From the IMG/VR virus record IMGVR_UViG_3300045988_175656: DNA of 64,000 bases. The stretch is one strand, 5' to 3'. Positions 1 through 11,000 of the stretch are shown one piece after another. Position numbers and translations under genes: made by a program. The number at the start of each line of letters is the position of its first letter. The stretch's first letter is position 1. Origin of the DNA: a virus. The notes beneath the pieces are model-generated. The model saw only the letters and a list, made by a program, of their open reading frames with translations. It had not been told where the DNA came from and searched no databases.

Positions 1-1
1 A

Positions 2-616
2 GTTATTAATGTTGAAGGTAATTTAGCAAGTGTTGCTCAACAAGTACAAACTAATTTGGCTGGTGTTATGGTCAATGTTGAATCTAATTTAAGTTGTCAG
101 ATGTCTAATTCCACTTCTTCTATTAATGCTAATGTTGAAAAAGCCAAAGAAGAAATCATTGAGAAAATTGATGATATTGAATGTAGTGGTGGTTGCAGTG
201 TTACTAAAGAAGATTTAGAAAATGCTGTTACAGCGATTAATTGGCATAGTGATGAAAATCGAAACGCTATCATAGATAATGCTGAATCTAAAAAAGAAGA
301 AATTATTACTAGTGTTGTAGCTAACAAAGAAGATGCTGTTGTTAGAATTACTGCAAGTGTTAAGACTGAATCTGAAAAGGCTAAAGAACGTTTGGAACAA
401 ATTCGTTTAGAATTAATTGAAGCCATTAATAAGACTGGTCAATTAGTTGAACTTGGTTTTGGTAATCTAAATGAACAGATTATTGATAGTAAAGATGAAA
501 TAATTAGTGAAGTTAAAAATAATAGTGGTTTACCAATAACAGGTGGTGATGTTGAAGATGGTACAATCATTAATGATAATATGTCTTTACCTATTTTTGG
601 TAATGATATTGAATAA
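2..616 (+). CDS. C-terminal part of a fibre/structural protein (5' end outside window)
   Basis: The frame is open from the window edge (VINVEGNLASVAQQVQTNL precedes the TTG listed at 56). Composition is coiled-coil-like and Asn/Glu/Ile-rich, like the 26296..29262 fibre, and the ORF lies in the fibre gene block. Confidence 0.5.
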   Translation, partial: VINVEGNLASVAQQVQTNLAGVMVNVESNLSCQMSNSTSSINANVEKAKEEIIEKIDDIECSGGCSVTKEDLENAVTAINWHSDENRNAIIDNAESKKEEIITSVVANKEDAVVRITASVKTESEKAKERLEQIRLELIEAINKTGQLVELGFGNLNEQIIDSKDEIISEVKNNSGLPITGGDVEDGTIINDNMSLPIFGNDIE

Positions 617-640
617 TAATAAAATAATATTAAAATAAAA

Positions 641-862
641 ATGAATAGAGTTAATCCGTTTACTTGGGGTTATGATGAATTTGATAGATTTGAATCAATT
701 CCAAATCAATTTAATGCAACATACAAAGAAGTACCAGACAATGTTTTTGATAAAACTGAAAGAGAAGTATTTTTCAATGAAGATACTATTTTAGTTAGTC
801 CAAATATAGCTGCTGTGTGCGATATGGACAGTATATGTGATGCAGACCTTGCAATCGTATAA
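641..862 (+). CDS. hypothetical small protein
   Basis: 73-aa ATG ORF, co-oriented with and tightly spaced after the preceding gene, and followed by a hairpin terminator. Confidence 0.45.
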   Translation: MNRVNPFTWGYDEFDRFESIPNQFNATYKEVPDNVFDKTEREVFFNEDTILVSPNIAAVCDMDSICDADLAIV

Positions 863-888
863 TTAAGGAATTAAATATTAATAAGATG

Positions 889-925
889 GGCTTTATTGAA
901 TAAATTTTCAGTAAAGCCTTTTTTT
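889..925 (+). terminator. rho-independent terminator
   Basis: Stem ggcttta/taaagcc followed by a T-run (tttttttg). Confidence 0.5.
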
Positions 926-982
926 GTTATAAATGAGCTTTTTAAAAGAATATTTATATCTAAAAGACATATAATATAGATT

Positions 983-3900
983 ATGGCAAATAGAACACAA
1001 AAAATAACCCTATTGAATGATAGGGGAATAATGGGAGATAACAATCCAAGATTGCCAGACCCATCAAAGATTGACTATGGTCAGTTAGCCATTAATTATT
1101 CTAAAAGTAAAGAAACTTTAGCTATTAAGAATGATAATGATGAAATTGTTCAATTCAAAGATATTAAATACATTGAAAGTATAATTAACAATACTGTTGG
1201 TTCAATACAAGGTGGAGAAACTGATTCAATAAAGACTGTTATAACTGATAAAGTTATCACATCTGATTTGAAACTTTCATCTACGATTGATAATATGGTT
1301 GTAATCAATCCAGATGGTGTATATGTAACTCTTGATTTAACATATAATCAAGGTGAATTAGTTATTTCAGGTTCAAATGGATTGAAAAAAAGTGTTAATT
1401 TACCTTTAGAATCATTTTTATCTGATGGTCAATATTATGAATCATATACATATAATGGTGTAGTTTATAAACAAGTAATTGTTTTAACTGTTAGAAATGA
1501 AGCAGGTGAAGAACACCCAATCATTATTCCAGCTGGTTCATTGGTTAATGTTTACACATTTTATGGCGATGGTAAAGGTTTGGTAGTTACTGTTACTCCT
1601 TCAGGTAGTGGCGATTCAAACGATTATGATGTACAAATCACATTAAAAATTAACCCTTCTTCAAGTAATATATTAGTAAATGATGTTAATGGTTTATATG
1701 TAGAAGATTTCCGTCCATATATCGCAAAAGCAAAACAGGAAGCAATTGATACTGCTCACCAAGACGCAGTAAATATGGATAACATTGTAATTAAACATTG
1801 TGAAAAATTTGCAACACAAGAAGCCCAAGATGCTTACGATAGAGCAACACAATTTTTCTTAGAATGGTCAAATCAAATATTACATATTACAGGCGGTACA
1901 ATGTTAGGACCAATTGTATTTGTTAATAGTGGTTCAACTGTTGGTGGTACAATTTATCATGATGGTACAATTAACCAATATCTAAGTGGAGCAACTACTG
2001 AATATAACAGTGGTTCAACTCTTCATATTAAAGATGGTACTAATGTTATTTTTGATTGTGGAGTTGAAATAGAATGGTGTGGCGAAATTATTGATAAAGA
2101 TACAATTGACCAATGGAATGATATGATGCCAAAATCAGGTGGCACATTTTATGGACCTGTTATTTATGGAGAAAGAACGATTGATGGTGTTAAACATGTT
2201 TCATCAAATACTTTTGCAAGTGGAACAACTAATACATTTGCAAATGGTTCTGTTGAAAATTATAATAATGGTTCTCAAATAAATCATAATAATAATTCAA
2301 ATGAGAATTATAAATCGGGTGCTACTGTAACATATGAAAGTGGTTCTCAAATTGACCATGCTAATGGTTCAAATGAAAATCACAAAAGTGGTTCTATTGA
2401 CACTTATGAAGCTGGCTCAATCGTTAATTTTAGCGGTTCAACTAATTTTAAAAGTGGTTCTACAACAACATTTGAAAGCGGTTCTATATTAAATCATAAT
2501 AGTGGAGCAACCGAAAATTATGCTTCAGGTTCTACAACAAACCATAATAGTGGTTCAAATGACAACTATAAAAGTGGTTCAACATTAACACATGAAAGTG
2601 GTTCAAATGAAAATCATAATAGTGGTTCTACTGACACTTATTTAAGTGGTTCAAGTTTAGTTCATGCAGGTGGTTCTACTGAAGATTATAATAGTGGTGC
2701 AATTGAAAATTATAATACAGGTTCTCAGATAAATCATAACAGTGGTTCAAATGACAATTATAAAAATGGTTCAACACTAACACACGAAAGTGGCTCTACT
2801 GAAAACTATGGTGCTGGTTCAACAACTAATGTCAGTGGTAGCACAAATTACAAAAGTGGCTCAACACTAACACATGAAAGTGGCTCTACTGAAAATTATA
2901 ATGCTGGTTCTATTACAAATATAAGCGGTTCAACTAATTTTAAAAGTGGTTCTACAACAACATTTGAAAGTGGTTCAACAATAAACCATAATAGTGGAGC
3001 AACTGATACTTTCAAACAAGGTTCTACTGTTAATTTTCAAGGCGCATCAGTTCATAACAATACATCTACTGATGTGTATGGAACTGGTTCTCAATTGACA
3101 CATCAAAATGGTTCTGTTGAAAGTTATGAAAGTGGCTCTCAATTAACGCATAAAGATGGCACTAAAGAGAATCATGAAAGTGGTTCAACTGATACTTATG
3201 AACCTGGCTCAATTGTTAATTTTAGTGGAAATACAATTAATAACAATGACACCTCAATTAATAATGTTGATGTCACCGAGACTTATAATAGTGGTTCTAC
3301 AATAAGCAATAGTGGTGTTACAAATTATCAAAGTGGTTCAACAATAAACCATAATAATGGTTCAACTGAAACATTTAATAGTGGTTCTACATTACATGTT
3401 AAATCAGGAACAACGGTTACATTTGATTGTGGAGTTGATATTAATTGGTGTAGTGAAACTCTTGATGAAAACAAAATTAAGAAATGGGACACAACAACTC
3501 AATCAGCAGGTTTCAATACAACTAATGGTGCTTACATACCATCTTCTGAAAGGTTTACATCTGGTGCGACTACTGTATTAAGTGCGACTACTTTACTTGA
3601 TAAAGCTATTCAAACAGTTATTACATCAGCAGGTTTCAACAATGATGGAACTTATAATAAACCAAATTCTGGTAAAACAGGTTCTTATGTATCTGGTTCA
3701 ACATCTGTTAAAGGAGCATTAGAAGGATTAGATAATCATGCTGTAAATGTAAATAATTCAATTGGATTGAATCAAAATGGCACAATGCCATCATTTACAG
3801 GTAATTACACTTCAGGAGCAACTAACATTATTGATGCTATTAATAAACTTGATACTGAAATAAAACGTTTTGAAACAGAAGCAGGTAATAAATACATGCC

Positions 3901-4420
3901 ATATTCAGGTGGTACATTTGTAGGTGGAGTAACAGCAAGTACAGCAGCCCCATTTGTATTTAGTGGAACAGTGACTACACAAAATACTGTTACAATCAAT
4001 TCAGGTGAAACAGTAAACGGAACAATTACTGCTAATGGCACATTAAACTTCCCAAATACAGGGAATAACATTACAGGTAAAGGTAGTGCACATTTTGAAC
4101 AAGGTGGTTTCCAAGATTATTCTGACATCAGATTAAAGGAAAACATAAAAGATTTGGATATTACATTAGACCAAATTCAATCACTTTCATTAATATATTT
4201 TAATTATATTGGTAAAGAGAAAGAAAACATTGGCGTAATTGCTCAACAAGTAAAAGAAATTTGTCCTCAAATTGTATATGAAGATGAAAACGGTATGTTT
4301 GCTGTTGATTATAAATTCTTATCTGTAATTGCATTAAAAGGTGTTCAGTTGTTAACTTCTAAGTTAATGGAACAAGAAAATGATATTAAACAAATAAAAG
4401 AGTTATTAAAAATAAAATAA
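983..4420 (+). CDS. tail fibre/spike protein with beta-solenoid repeat core and C-terminal intramolecular chaperone (peptidase S74-type) domain
   Basis: 1145 aa. A long array of SGS-x-x-N-Y/H octapeptide-like repeats is followed by a C-terminus SDIRLKENI...IGVIAQQVKEI...AVDYKFL...coiled coil. This matches the S-D-x-R-x-K autoproteolytic chaperone signature of endosialidase and tail-spike C-termini. Confidence 0.85.
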   Translation: MANRTQKITLLNDRGIMGDNNPRLPDPSKIDYGQLAINYSKSKETLAIKNDNDEIVQFKDIKYIESIINNTVGSIQGGETDSIKTVITDKVITSDLKLSSTIDNMVVINPDGVYVTLDLTYNQGELVISGSNGLKKSVNLPLESFLSDGQYYESYTYNGVVYKQVIVLTVRNEAGEEHPIIIPAGSLVNVYTFYGDGKGLVVTVTPSGSGDSNDYDVQITLKINPSSSNILVNDVNGLYVEDFRPYIAKAKQEAIDTAHQDAVNMDNIVIKHCEKFATQEAQDAYDRATQFFLEWSNQILHITGGTMLGPIVFVNSGSTVGGTIYHDGTINQYLSGATTEYNSGSTLHIKDGTNVIFDCGVEIEWCGEIIDKDTIDQWNDMMPKSGGTFYGPVIYGERTIDGVKHVSSNTFASGTTNTFANGSVENYNNGSQINHNNNSNENYKSGATVTYESGSQIDHANGSNENHKSGSIDTYEAGSIVNFSGSTNFKSGSTTTFESGSILNHNSGATENYASGSTTNHNSGSNDNYKSGSTLTHESGSNENHNSGSTDTYLSGSSLVHAGGSTEDYNSGAIENYNTGSQINHNSGSNDNYKNGSTLTHESGSTENYGAGSTTNVSGSTNYKSGSTLTHESGSTENYNAGSITNISGSTNFKSGSTTTFESGSTINHNSGATDTFKQGSTVNFQGASVHNNTSTDVYGTGSQLTHQNGSVESYESGSQLTHKDGTKENHESGSTDTYEPGSIVNFSGNTINNNDTSINNVDVTETYNSGSTISNSGVTNYQSGSTINHNNGSTETFNSGSTLHVKSGTTVTFDCGVDINWCSETLDENKIKKWDTTTQSAGFNTTNGAYIPSSERFTSGATTVLSATTLLDKAIQTVITSAGFNNDGTYNKPNSGKTGSYVSGSTSVKGALEGLDNHAVNVNNSIGLNQNGTMPSFTGNYTSGATNIIDAINKLDTEIKRFETEAGNKYMPYSGGTFVGGVTASTAAPFVFSGTVTTQNTVTINSGETVNGTITANGTLNFPNTGNNITGKGSAHFEQGGFQDYSDIRLKENIKDLDITLDQIQSLSLIYFNYIGKEKENIGVIAQQVKEICPQIVYEDENGMFAVDYKFLSVIALKGVQLLTSKLMEQENDIKQIKELLKIK
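2204..3376 (+). repeat. degenerate ~24-nt (8-aa) tandem repeat array inside the fibre gene
   Basis: Iterated xSGSxxN(Y/H)/xSGSTxT(H/F)E units. There is a 47-nt exact duplicate (2432-2478 = 2924-2970). The array is bracketed by two copies of NSGSTLH(I/V)K.GT.V.FDCGV(E/D)I.WC (2006-2080 and 3377-3451). Confidence 0.85.
4121..4420 (+). other. S74-type intramolecular chaperone domain; predicted self-cleavage before Ser1047 (DY|SDIRLK)
   Basis: Ser and a Lys five residues downstream (SDIRLK), followed by a conserved hydrophobic core and a terminal coiled coil. Confidence 0.7.
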
Positions 4421-4421
4421 C

Positions 4422-7400
4422 ATGGCATATATAACACCAACGAATCCCAAATGGGCTACCTGGTATGATGTATCACAAGCCTTACAAGAGCGTACTGGAG
4501 ATTATACACAAGCTAATACTCAGTACGCTACAAAGGCGTATATAATTGCTAATTTTGATAATATTCATTTGGAAAAACTGAATACAACAAATAATTCAAT
4601 TGGTATTTCATACTTGAACACTCAATTTGTAAAATGGGCTGATGTTGAAGCAATCGAATATGTTTTTTATATAGATACAGTTGGTAATACTGCACAAACT
4701 GTAACTAAAGATTATTATGCTTATAGTCAAACATTTGTTATATATTCCTACAAAAATATATACAAAAATGGTACTTTAGTTACGAGTAATATTCCTGTTG
4801 CATGGCATTATAATTCATCTCAAACAGGATGGACTACTAATTCACCAACAGGCGGTACAGCTAGTGCAACAACTATTACACTTGCAATACCTGAGAATAA
4901 GACAACAGCACAAATCAATTATAATTGGAGTGCTATTCAAAATGAAGGTAGAACATCAGGGGCAAAATCTATTTCAATTCAATTTCAACATAAAGCCAAA
5001 TATGGTATAATTGCTTGGAATCCTTCAGGAGATATTTCAGTTGTATCTACTGCAACAACTGTTGATAAAGGAATTGTTGTAACAGGTAATTTCAATGATA
5101 ATATATCAGATAGCCAAGGTACTGATGCAGCAAACATATTAACTGCTGTAACAATTACAACAAGTGAAACATGGGTTACAGGTATTACATTCTCATTAAC
5201 CAATTCAAATTATAAGTTCCCAATGTGGACATCTGAAACGGCTGATAGAGTAACAACAATAACATTAACTGTAAATGACCCACGATTAACATTGAGTGGA
5301 CCGTCAACATTTAAAATAACACAAAAAATGCGTGTTGTTACATTTGATAATTTCAATTTTGAATTTTTACTAAATAATCCTTTATTTGGATGTATGGGTG
5401 GAACTAAAAATTATAAGATTATATCAACAGCTAATATGTATTATGATGGTACATTGCAAAATGTTGTGAATATGAAATATATTTTCCTTAATTATGATTC
5501 TTGGATAACAATTAATGACACACAAGAGTCTGAGAGAAGTGTGTTTAATGGTGCTAATTCTGGTAGTGGTACTGTAACAATTGGTGAAAACCCATATGAA
5601 GGTGTTGATAGATATGGTTATATTAATTTGAGACAAATCAATTCAGAAGGTCAACAGTTGAAGGAAGTAATTGTACAAGATATACCTTGCATGGTATATC
5701 ATTTTGATATATCTCCAACATCAATAACTGTACCTGGTCCAACAAGTGGAACCAGTGGAATAACAGTTACATCATATAAAATTATGAATGGTCATACAGA
5801 AAGCCCTATTCCTGTTGGTTATAAAGTCTCAACAGGTTCAAGTTGGCTAACAGTAACAGGAAATTCTTCACCAAGTGCAAGTGCAACAACTAATACAATT
5901 ACATATGCACAAAATCCAAGTACAGCAAGAAGTGCAATTGTTACATATACACAAGATGAAATAAATGAAGATGACTATGAATACAATAAACAATTAACTG
6001 TAAATCAAGAAGATGGTTTCATATATGTTTATAAATTTAGTATAAATGGCACTGAAGGAGCAACAACAACTCCAAGTCCTACTATTAATTTATCACAATT
6101 TGCATTTGGTGGTGGAAGTCAAACTGTGAGTCTTAAATCATATGCTGAAGTGCATATCGGTTCAGCAACAGGTACAATAGACCATTATGAAGCTATTAAT
6201 TGGAGTGAAACGACTTGTAATTGGCTAACTGTATCACCATCATCAGGTAATGGTACATCAAGTCCTACTGATAACACAACTGTTACAACAACTGCAAGTG
6301 CTCAATCAGATTCAAGTAGTGATAATAGTAGATGTTGTGATATTACATTTACACAAGCAACTAGTGGTAAAAAAGTAATTGTTCATGGATGTCAAGAAAA
6401 GAGTCAAACAGGCTATACTTATACATTTACAATTGATACAAGTAGTTTAAGTTTTGAAGCATGTTCTTCAACTTCAAAATCAGCTAATATTACATCATAT
6501 AGAGAAACTACAAGAAATGGCAGTATAATTTCTGGAAGTAGAGTTAATATTGGTTACAGTGTTAATACAGTATCATGGGCAACAGCTACTTCAAATAGTA
6601 GCCCAAGCGCAAATGTTACAAGTACAACTATTACAGCTAATTCTAACTCAAATAACACTTCATCAAGAAGTGGTACATTTACTTATACACAAAGTGGAAG
6701 TAATAGAACTGTTACTCTTGGGGTAAGTCAAGATGGTGCAACTTGTGCTGTTTATGACAGAGGACCTTTACAAGTGAATATTGGTGGTGGTTTTACAACT
6801 GCTGCAAGTACAAATGTAGCAAGTGGTTCAACTACAATTAATGTTAGTTTTAGTTCGCCACAATATTTAAGTCTTTGTGGTATTAGTACTAATACTAAAT
6901 GTTCTGATGGTATAGAAAGTTATAAAGTAGAGTCTAAACCATCATGGATTACAAGTAATATTGGTGACAATTATTCAACAGGTAATGATGTATTAACTGT
7001 TTCAAGTAGTGATGTTTCTTCAGAAAGAACTGGAACTGTTGTATATACAAATGGATATACAACTGCATCTGTAACAGTAACACAAGCACAAGGTTTAAGT
7101 TATACTTATTATTTCAAAGTAAATAATAAGGAATCAAGTAAAATTAATCCTGACCATGAAACAAGTAGTACATTATCATTTAGTAATACAGGTTCTTCAA
7201 CAACATTTACTGTTGAATCATATAGAGTAAACAGTATATCAGGAGCTAAAGAATATGTTGTTTCTGACACTATTCAAGGTCTTTTACCATCATACATTAG
7301 TTTAGTTGGTAGTGGTCCTGTTAATTACATAATGACTTACACAGTAACATTAACTGAAAATACTGATACAATTGGTCGTAACTATACATTACAATTTGTA

Positions 7401-8027
7401 CAAAACAATTCAGGTTATAGAGTTGATGTTCCATTAACTCAAAATGCTGCAACAATTGATTGTTTTATGGGTGTATGGAGACCTACTGTGGGTAGTATTC
7501 CAACATCAGGTGGTACAATAGAGTTTAAAATTGACTCTTATCAAACAGTTAATGGTAAACAAGGTGCTAATTCATCATGGACTGCAAGTGTATCAGGTTG
7601 TAGTGGAACATTAAATAGAACAAGTGGACCTGGTGGTACTGCTGATAATGATAGCAGTAATATAGTTATATTAACTGTTCCTTCAGGAGCTTCAAGATGT
7701 GATGGTACTGTAACAATAATAAATGCTTGTGGTCAAAGACTTGACTACCCATATTTCAGAATTGCTGGTGATGTTAAGTGGTCTGACCCTGCTGAAAATA
7801 CAACCAAATCAGTTAGTGCAGATGGTATTACATTTACTGCTTATGCTGATACAACAGGATTAACAGCAAGTGATTGTGAAGTAACTAAAAATCCGACATC
7901 TAATATTACTGTTGGTACGCCACAAGGAACTGGTACAGGAGCAAAAGCTGTGTGGGTTGAAATTACAGTTCCAGCTAACACTTCAACAGATAGTAGAAGT
8001 TGGGATATAACAATTGCCCCTAAATAA
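4422..8027 (+). CDS. large tail-associated protein built of tandem Ig-like/BACON-like beta-sandwich modules
   Basis: 1201 aa, Ser/Thr/Asn-rich. Module endings recur about 9 times and resemble BACON-domain C-termini (R.x.ITFTQ...V.V.Q..G): ITFTQATSGKKVIVHGCQE, GTFTYTQSGSNRTVTLGVSQDG, GTVVYTNGYTTASVTVTQAQG, SAIVTYTQDE...LTVNQEDG, YTLQFVQNNSGYRVDVPLTQNA. The start is coupled to the fibre stop (taacATG). Confidence 0.6.
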   Translation: MAYITPTNPKWATWYDVSQALQERTGDYTQANTQYATKAYIIANFDNIHLEKLNTTNNSIGISYLNTQFVKWADVEAIEYVFYIDTVGNTAQTVTKDYYAYSQTFVIYSYKNIYKNGTLVTSNIPVAWHYNSSQTGWTTNSPTGGTASATTITLAIPENKTTAQINYNWSAIQNEGRTSGAKSISIQFQHKAKYGIIAWNPSGDISVVSTATTVDKGIVVTGNFNDNISDSQGTDAANILTAVTITTSETWVTGITFSLTNSNYKFPMWTSETADRVTTITLTVNDPRLTLSGPSTFKITQKMRVVTFDNFNFEFLLNNPLFGCMGGTKNYKIISTANMYYDGTLQNVVNMKYIFLNYDSWITINDTQESERSVFNGANSGSGTVTIGENPYEGVDRYGYINLRQINSEGQQLKEVIVQDIPCMVYHFDISPTSITVPGPTSGTSGITVTSYKIMNGHTESPIPVGYKVSTGSSWLTVTGNSSPSASATTNTITYAQNPSTARSAIVTYTQDEINEDDYEYNKQLTVNQEDGFIYVYKFSINGTEGATTTPSPTINLSQFAFGGGSQTVSLKSYAEVHIGSATGTIDHYEAINWSETTCNWLTVSPSSGNGTSSPTDNTTVTTTASAQSDSSSDNSRCCDITFTQATSGKKVIVHGCQEKSQTGYTYTFTIDTSSLSFEACSSTSKSANITSYRETTRNGSIISGSRVNIGYSVNTVSWATATSNSSPSANVTSTTITANSNSNNTSSRSGTFTYTQSGSNRTVTLGVSQDGATCAVYDRGPLQVNIGGGFTTAASTNVASGSTTINVSFSSPQYLSLCGISTNTKCSDGIESYKVESKPSWITSNIGDNYSTGNDVLTVSSSDVSSERTGTVVYTNGYTTASVTVTQAQGLSYTYYFKVNNKESSKINPDHETSSTLSFSNTGSSTTFTVESYRVNSISGAKEYVVSDTIQGLLPSYISLVGSGPVNYIMTYTVTLTENTDTIGRNYTLQFVQNNSGYRVDVPLTQNAATIDCFMGVWRPTVGSIPTSGGTIEFKIDSYQTVNGKQGANSSWTASVSGCSGTLNRTSGPGGTADNDSSNIVILTVPSGASRCDGTVTIINACGQRLDYPYFRIAGDVKWSDPAENTTKSVSADGITFTAYADTTGLTASDCEVTKNPTSNITVGTPQGTGTGAKAVWVEITVPANTSTDSRSWDITIAPK

Positions 8028-8034
8028 TTTATAT

Positions 8035-8067
8035 AAAAAAAGGTGAAGAAAATTCTTCACCTTTTTA
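8035..8067. terminator. bidirectional rho-independent terminator between convergent blocks
   Basis: aaaaaaGGTGAAGAAaattCTTCACCttttt, with an A-run and a T-run flanking a perfect stem. Confidence 0.8.
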
Positions 8068-8070
8068 TTT

Positions 8071-11000
8071 TTATTGTTCAAGAAATTTTTCAAATTTCTC
8101 AATTCCACCTTTTTTCTTAACTAATTCAAGAAGTTTTTTCATTGTTTCGCTATCACTATCTTCATTATTATTTGAAGATATTTCAGCATGATTAGTTTCT
8201 TTTTCTTCAATTATTGTTGCACTTTTCAAATTATATTGCGCAACTTCAGTTGCATCCATTATAACTTGTGGTGTTTTATTTAACAATTTACAAATTTTAT
8301 TTTCAATATAGTTAAGTTCTGTTAACGCTGCTGATGGGTCAATCATACCTGCTGATGGAGAAATTTCAGTTTCAGATACAAATCCTAATTTATATTTTGC
8401 TCGTGTATAAGCAACATACATTAAATTTTGTTCTTGTTCTTTCTCCCAATCTTGGGTTGCAAGTCTGCTTGGCATTAATGTCTTGCATAAAATATAAACA
8501 TTATTTGCTTCAAGTCCTTTTGCTTTATGGATTGTTGATAAACAAACACCATCTGCACTTTCAGCAAACACATTTTCAATTCTATCATGTAAATCTCTTG
8601 CTGATGTTAAACCTTCAGCAAGAATTTCAAGAGCTTTAATTGAATCATATTTGTTCATAATTTGATTAGAAAGGGTTGCATCTTCTAAATCCATTCCTCT
8701 TTTAATCATAAGGCGGTTTCTTTCTTCAAATAAGTCATCATAAAGTCTTGCAAATACGCCATCTTTTTGTAAACTAACATTCAACACTATTTGTTCAGTC
8801 TTATCAACCATTCTTAGCAGATTTAAGCCAATATCTTGTCCTCTGACATAGGATTTAACACCCATGCGAAGATAACGCATATAAAGCTTTATAAGTGGCA
8901 TTTTTGTGCGACATAAGACCATATCTCCATCATGTATATCTTTTATTGATACATTATGAACAATTTCTCCATCAGGTGCTCCTTCTCTACATTCCATTGT
9001 GTCAACAAACTGATTAGCCAAGTTAACAACTTTTTTAGGGCAACGATAGGAAATTGGTAAAGGTAATGTTGTGGTATTAGGTAAATTTTGTAATTTCGCA
9101 AAACTTTCAGCATCCGCTCCAGCGAAAGAATAGATGGATTGCTTTTTGTCGCCGACAGCAATAAACCTAGTGCCACGTCTAAAACATCTTAAAAATAATT
9201 CTCGTTGTGCTGCATTTAAATCTTGGCAATTATGTACAATAAATCCTTCATTATTAGTTTCACACTTTGTATTCCAACTACCACTTGTTATAATAAAATT
9301 ATGATTATCTTCAACTTCAATATCATAAACAATTTCTTTTTTTGATAACATTTTCATTGAGGTAATTGGCATACCACCAAGTTCACTTGAAGTATTATCC
9401 CATTTATAAGTGTTTACTAAATGTTTAAAATCATCATGTATTTTATATTGTAAGCATTTGTTAATATATGGGGCAAACATTTCACTTAATTTATAAGAAT
9501 CTTTGACACCAATACTAATATAAAAATACTCTTTATTTGAAGTGGATGATTTAGATAGATGTTTAGAAACGCATTCAATACCAAAAAATTTAATTCTTTT
9601 TATTAATAAATCAATCAATTCTTCGTTATGTACACATGAGTATAATCTCATAGTACCATTTTTATCATAGCTTCCATTATCTTGGTAATTAATTGCTAAC
9701 TGTTTAATAGTTAAATTATTAATAATTTCTTTTTTATCTAAATCATTGTTAGGAATACAATATCCTAATGTTGAAAATGCATATGCATTTTTTTCACTAA
9801 AGCCATTTTTTTCAATGTGTCTTATTTCACTAATATCCTGATTAAACATATTGCATTTCCATTCAATATATTCTTTTTGTTCTTCTCCATGAATAAATTT
9901 GCATCTAAAAACCCCATTTGACAATTTATTCAGCGAACCATCTCCTATGACTGATGCTTTAAATAAATCCAATTGGTATGGATTCAGAAACCCATGATAA
10001 GGCTGGTGTTTAGTTGATGATAATATATAATCGCCAACTGTTAACTCAGAAATATATTGATAACCATTTAATGTTAAAAAACGTTCATTTGGTGTACATT
10101 TGATTTTTCTTTTTCCACCTACAATAATTTCTATTAAATCACGCTCTCCCTTATTAAAGACGTTTAATATTTTTTTATCTTCAAATTTTTGTGTTTTCTC
10201 ATTAAATGATTTAACTAATGGTAATGGTTTATTATTAATAAATCTATTATATAAATCACCAATTTTTAATTTGCCATAAGTTGTAGAAATCCTTTGTTCA
10301 TATGGAAAGCACTCGTCAATAAAAATATAATCATATTGTAAACCAATTGGATTTAGTGTTAATTCATATGGTAGCCATACCATATCCGTAAAATCAATTG
10401 AGGTTGTATTTTCTCTCCCCCATTTCATTACATTAAGAACTGCATTACACTCATCATCTATAATTGGAATATCATGTCTTGCTGATACTTGTAGTAAATC
10501 TTTTTCACATTGTGCAAGGTTATATCTTCCCAAATCACATAATTGAATCACATTATCAGTATATTGTTGCATCAATTTTGTAGTCATTTTATCAAAATCA
10601 GCAGAAGATAATTGTTTTATATTCTTCTTGATAAAAGTGCGATATTTGTATTCATCAATCTCAATATTAGTACCAAGATTTCTTCGTATCATTAAGAATC
10701 CAAGACTATGTAATGTTTTTACTTGAACATTTTTGACACCTTCAAGTTTCTTTTCCAATTCTTTAACAATTTCTTTATTAAAGGCAATAAACAATGCATT
10801 GCAAGTGGGTGGTATAAGTTTTACTGCATTTACAATTGTAGATGTGTTATGTGTGATTGTGAAATCAGATAGCAAAAAACGTCCATTACCATCCAATGTA
10901 AACCCATAATAATCACCCTCACCAATTTTATCAATTCTAAAACCAACATGGCAAACATTTTTATTTATTAAACGTTTGTCAGCTTTTTTATAATCAGTTA

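Noticed and set aside
97-5636. Antisense or off-frame ORFs inside the fibre genes (97..426-, 215..400-, 3357..3581+, 3805..4071-, 4798..5010+, 4985..5203-, 5424..5636-).
   Set aside because: They are fully nested in much longer ORFs with clear fibre features. Their translations are low-complexity (Ser/Leu/Ile/Phe-rich), typical of the wrong frame of AT-rich repeats. None has its own promoter or terminator.
983-8027. Diversity-generating retroelement (DGR) targeting the fibre genes.
   Set aside because: There is no reverse transcriptase ORF in the window. There is also no template/variable repeat pair with adenine-specific differences. The repeats seen are in-frame structural repeats.
8334-9176. 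ORFs 8334..8639+ and 8943..9176- within the helicase gene.
   Set aside because: They overlap conserved helicase motif regions. Their composition is typical of non-coding frames.
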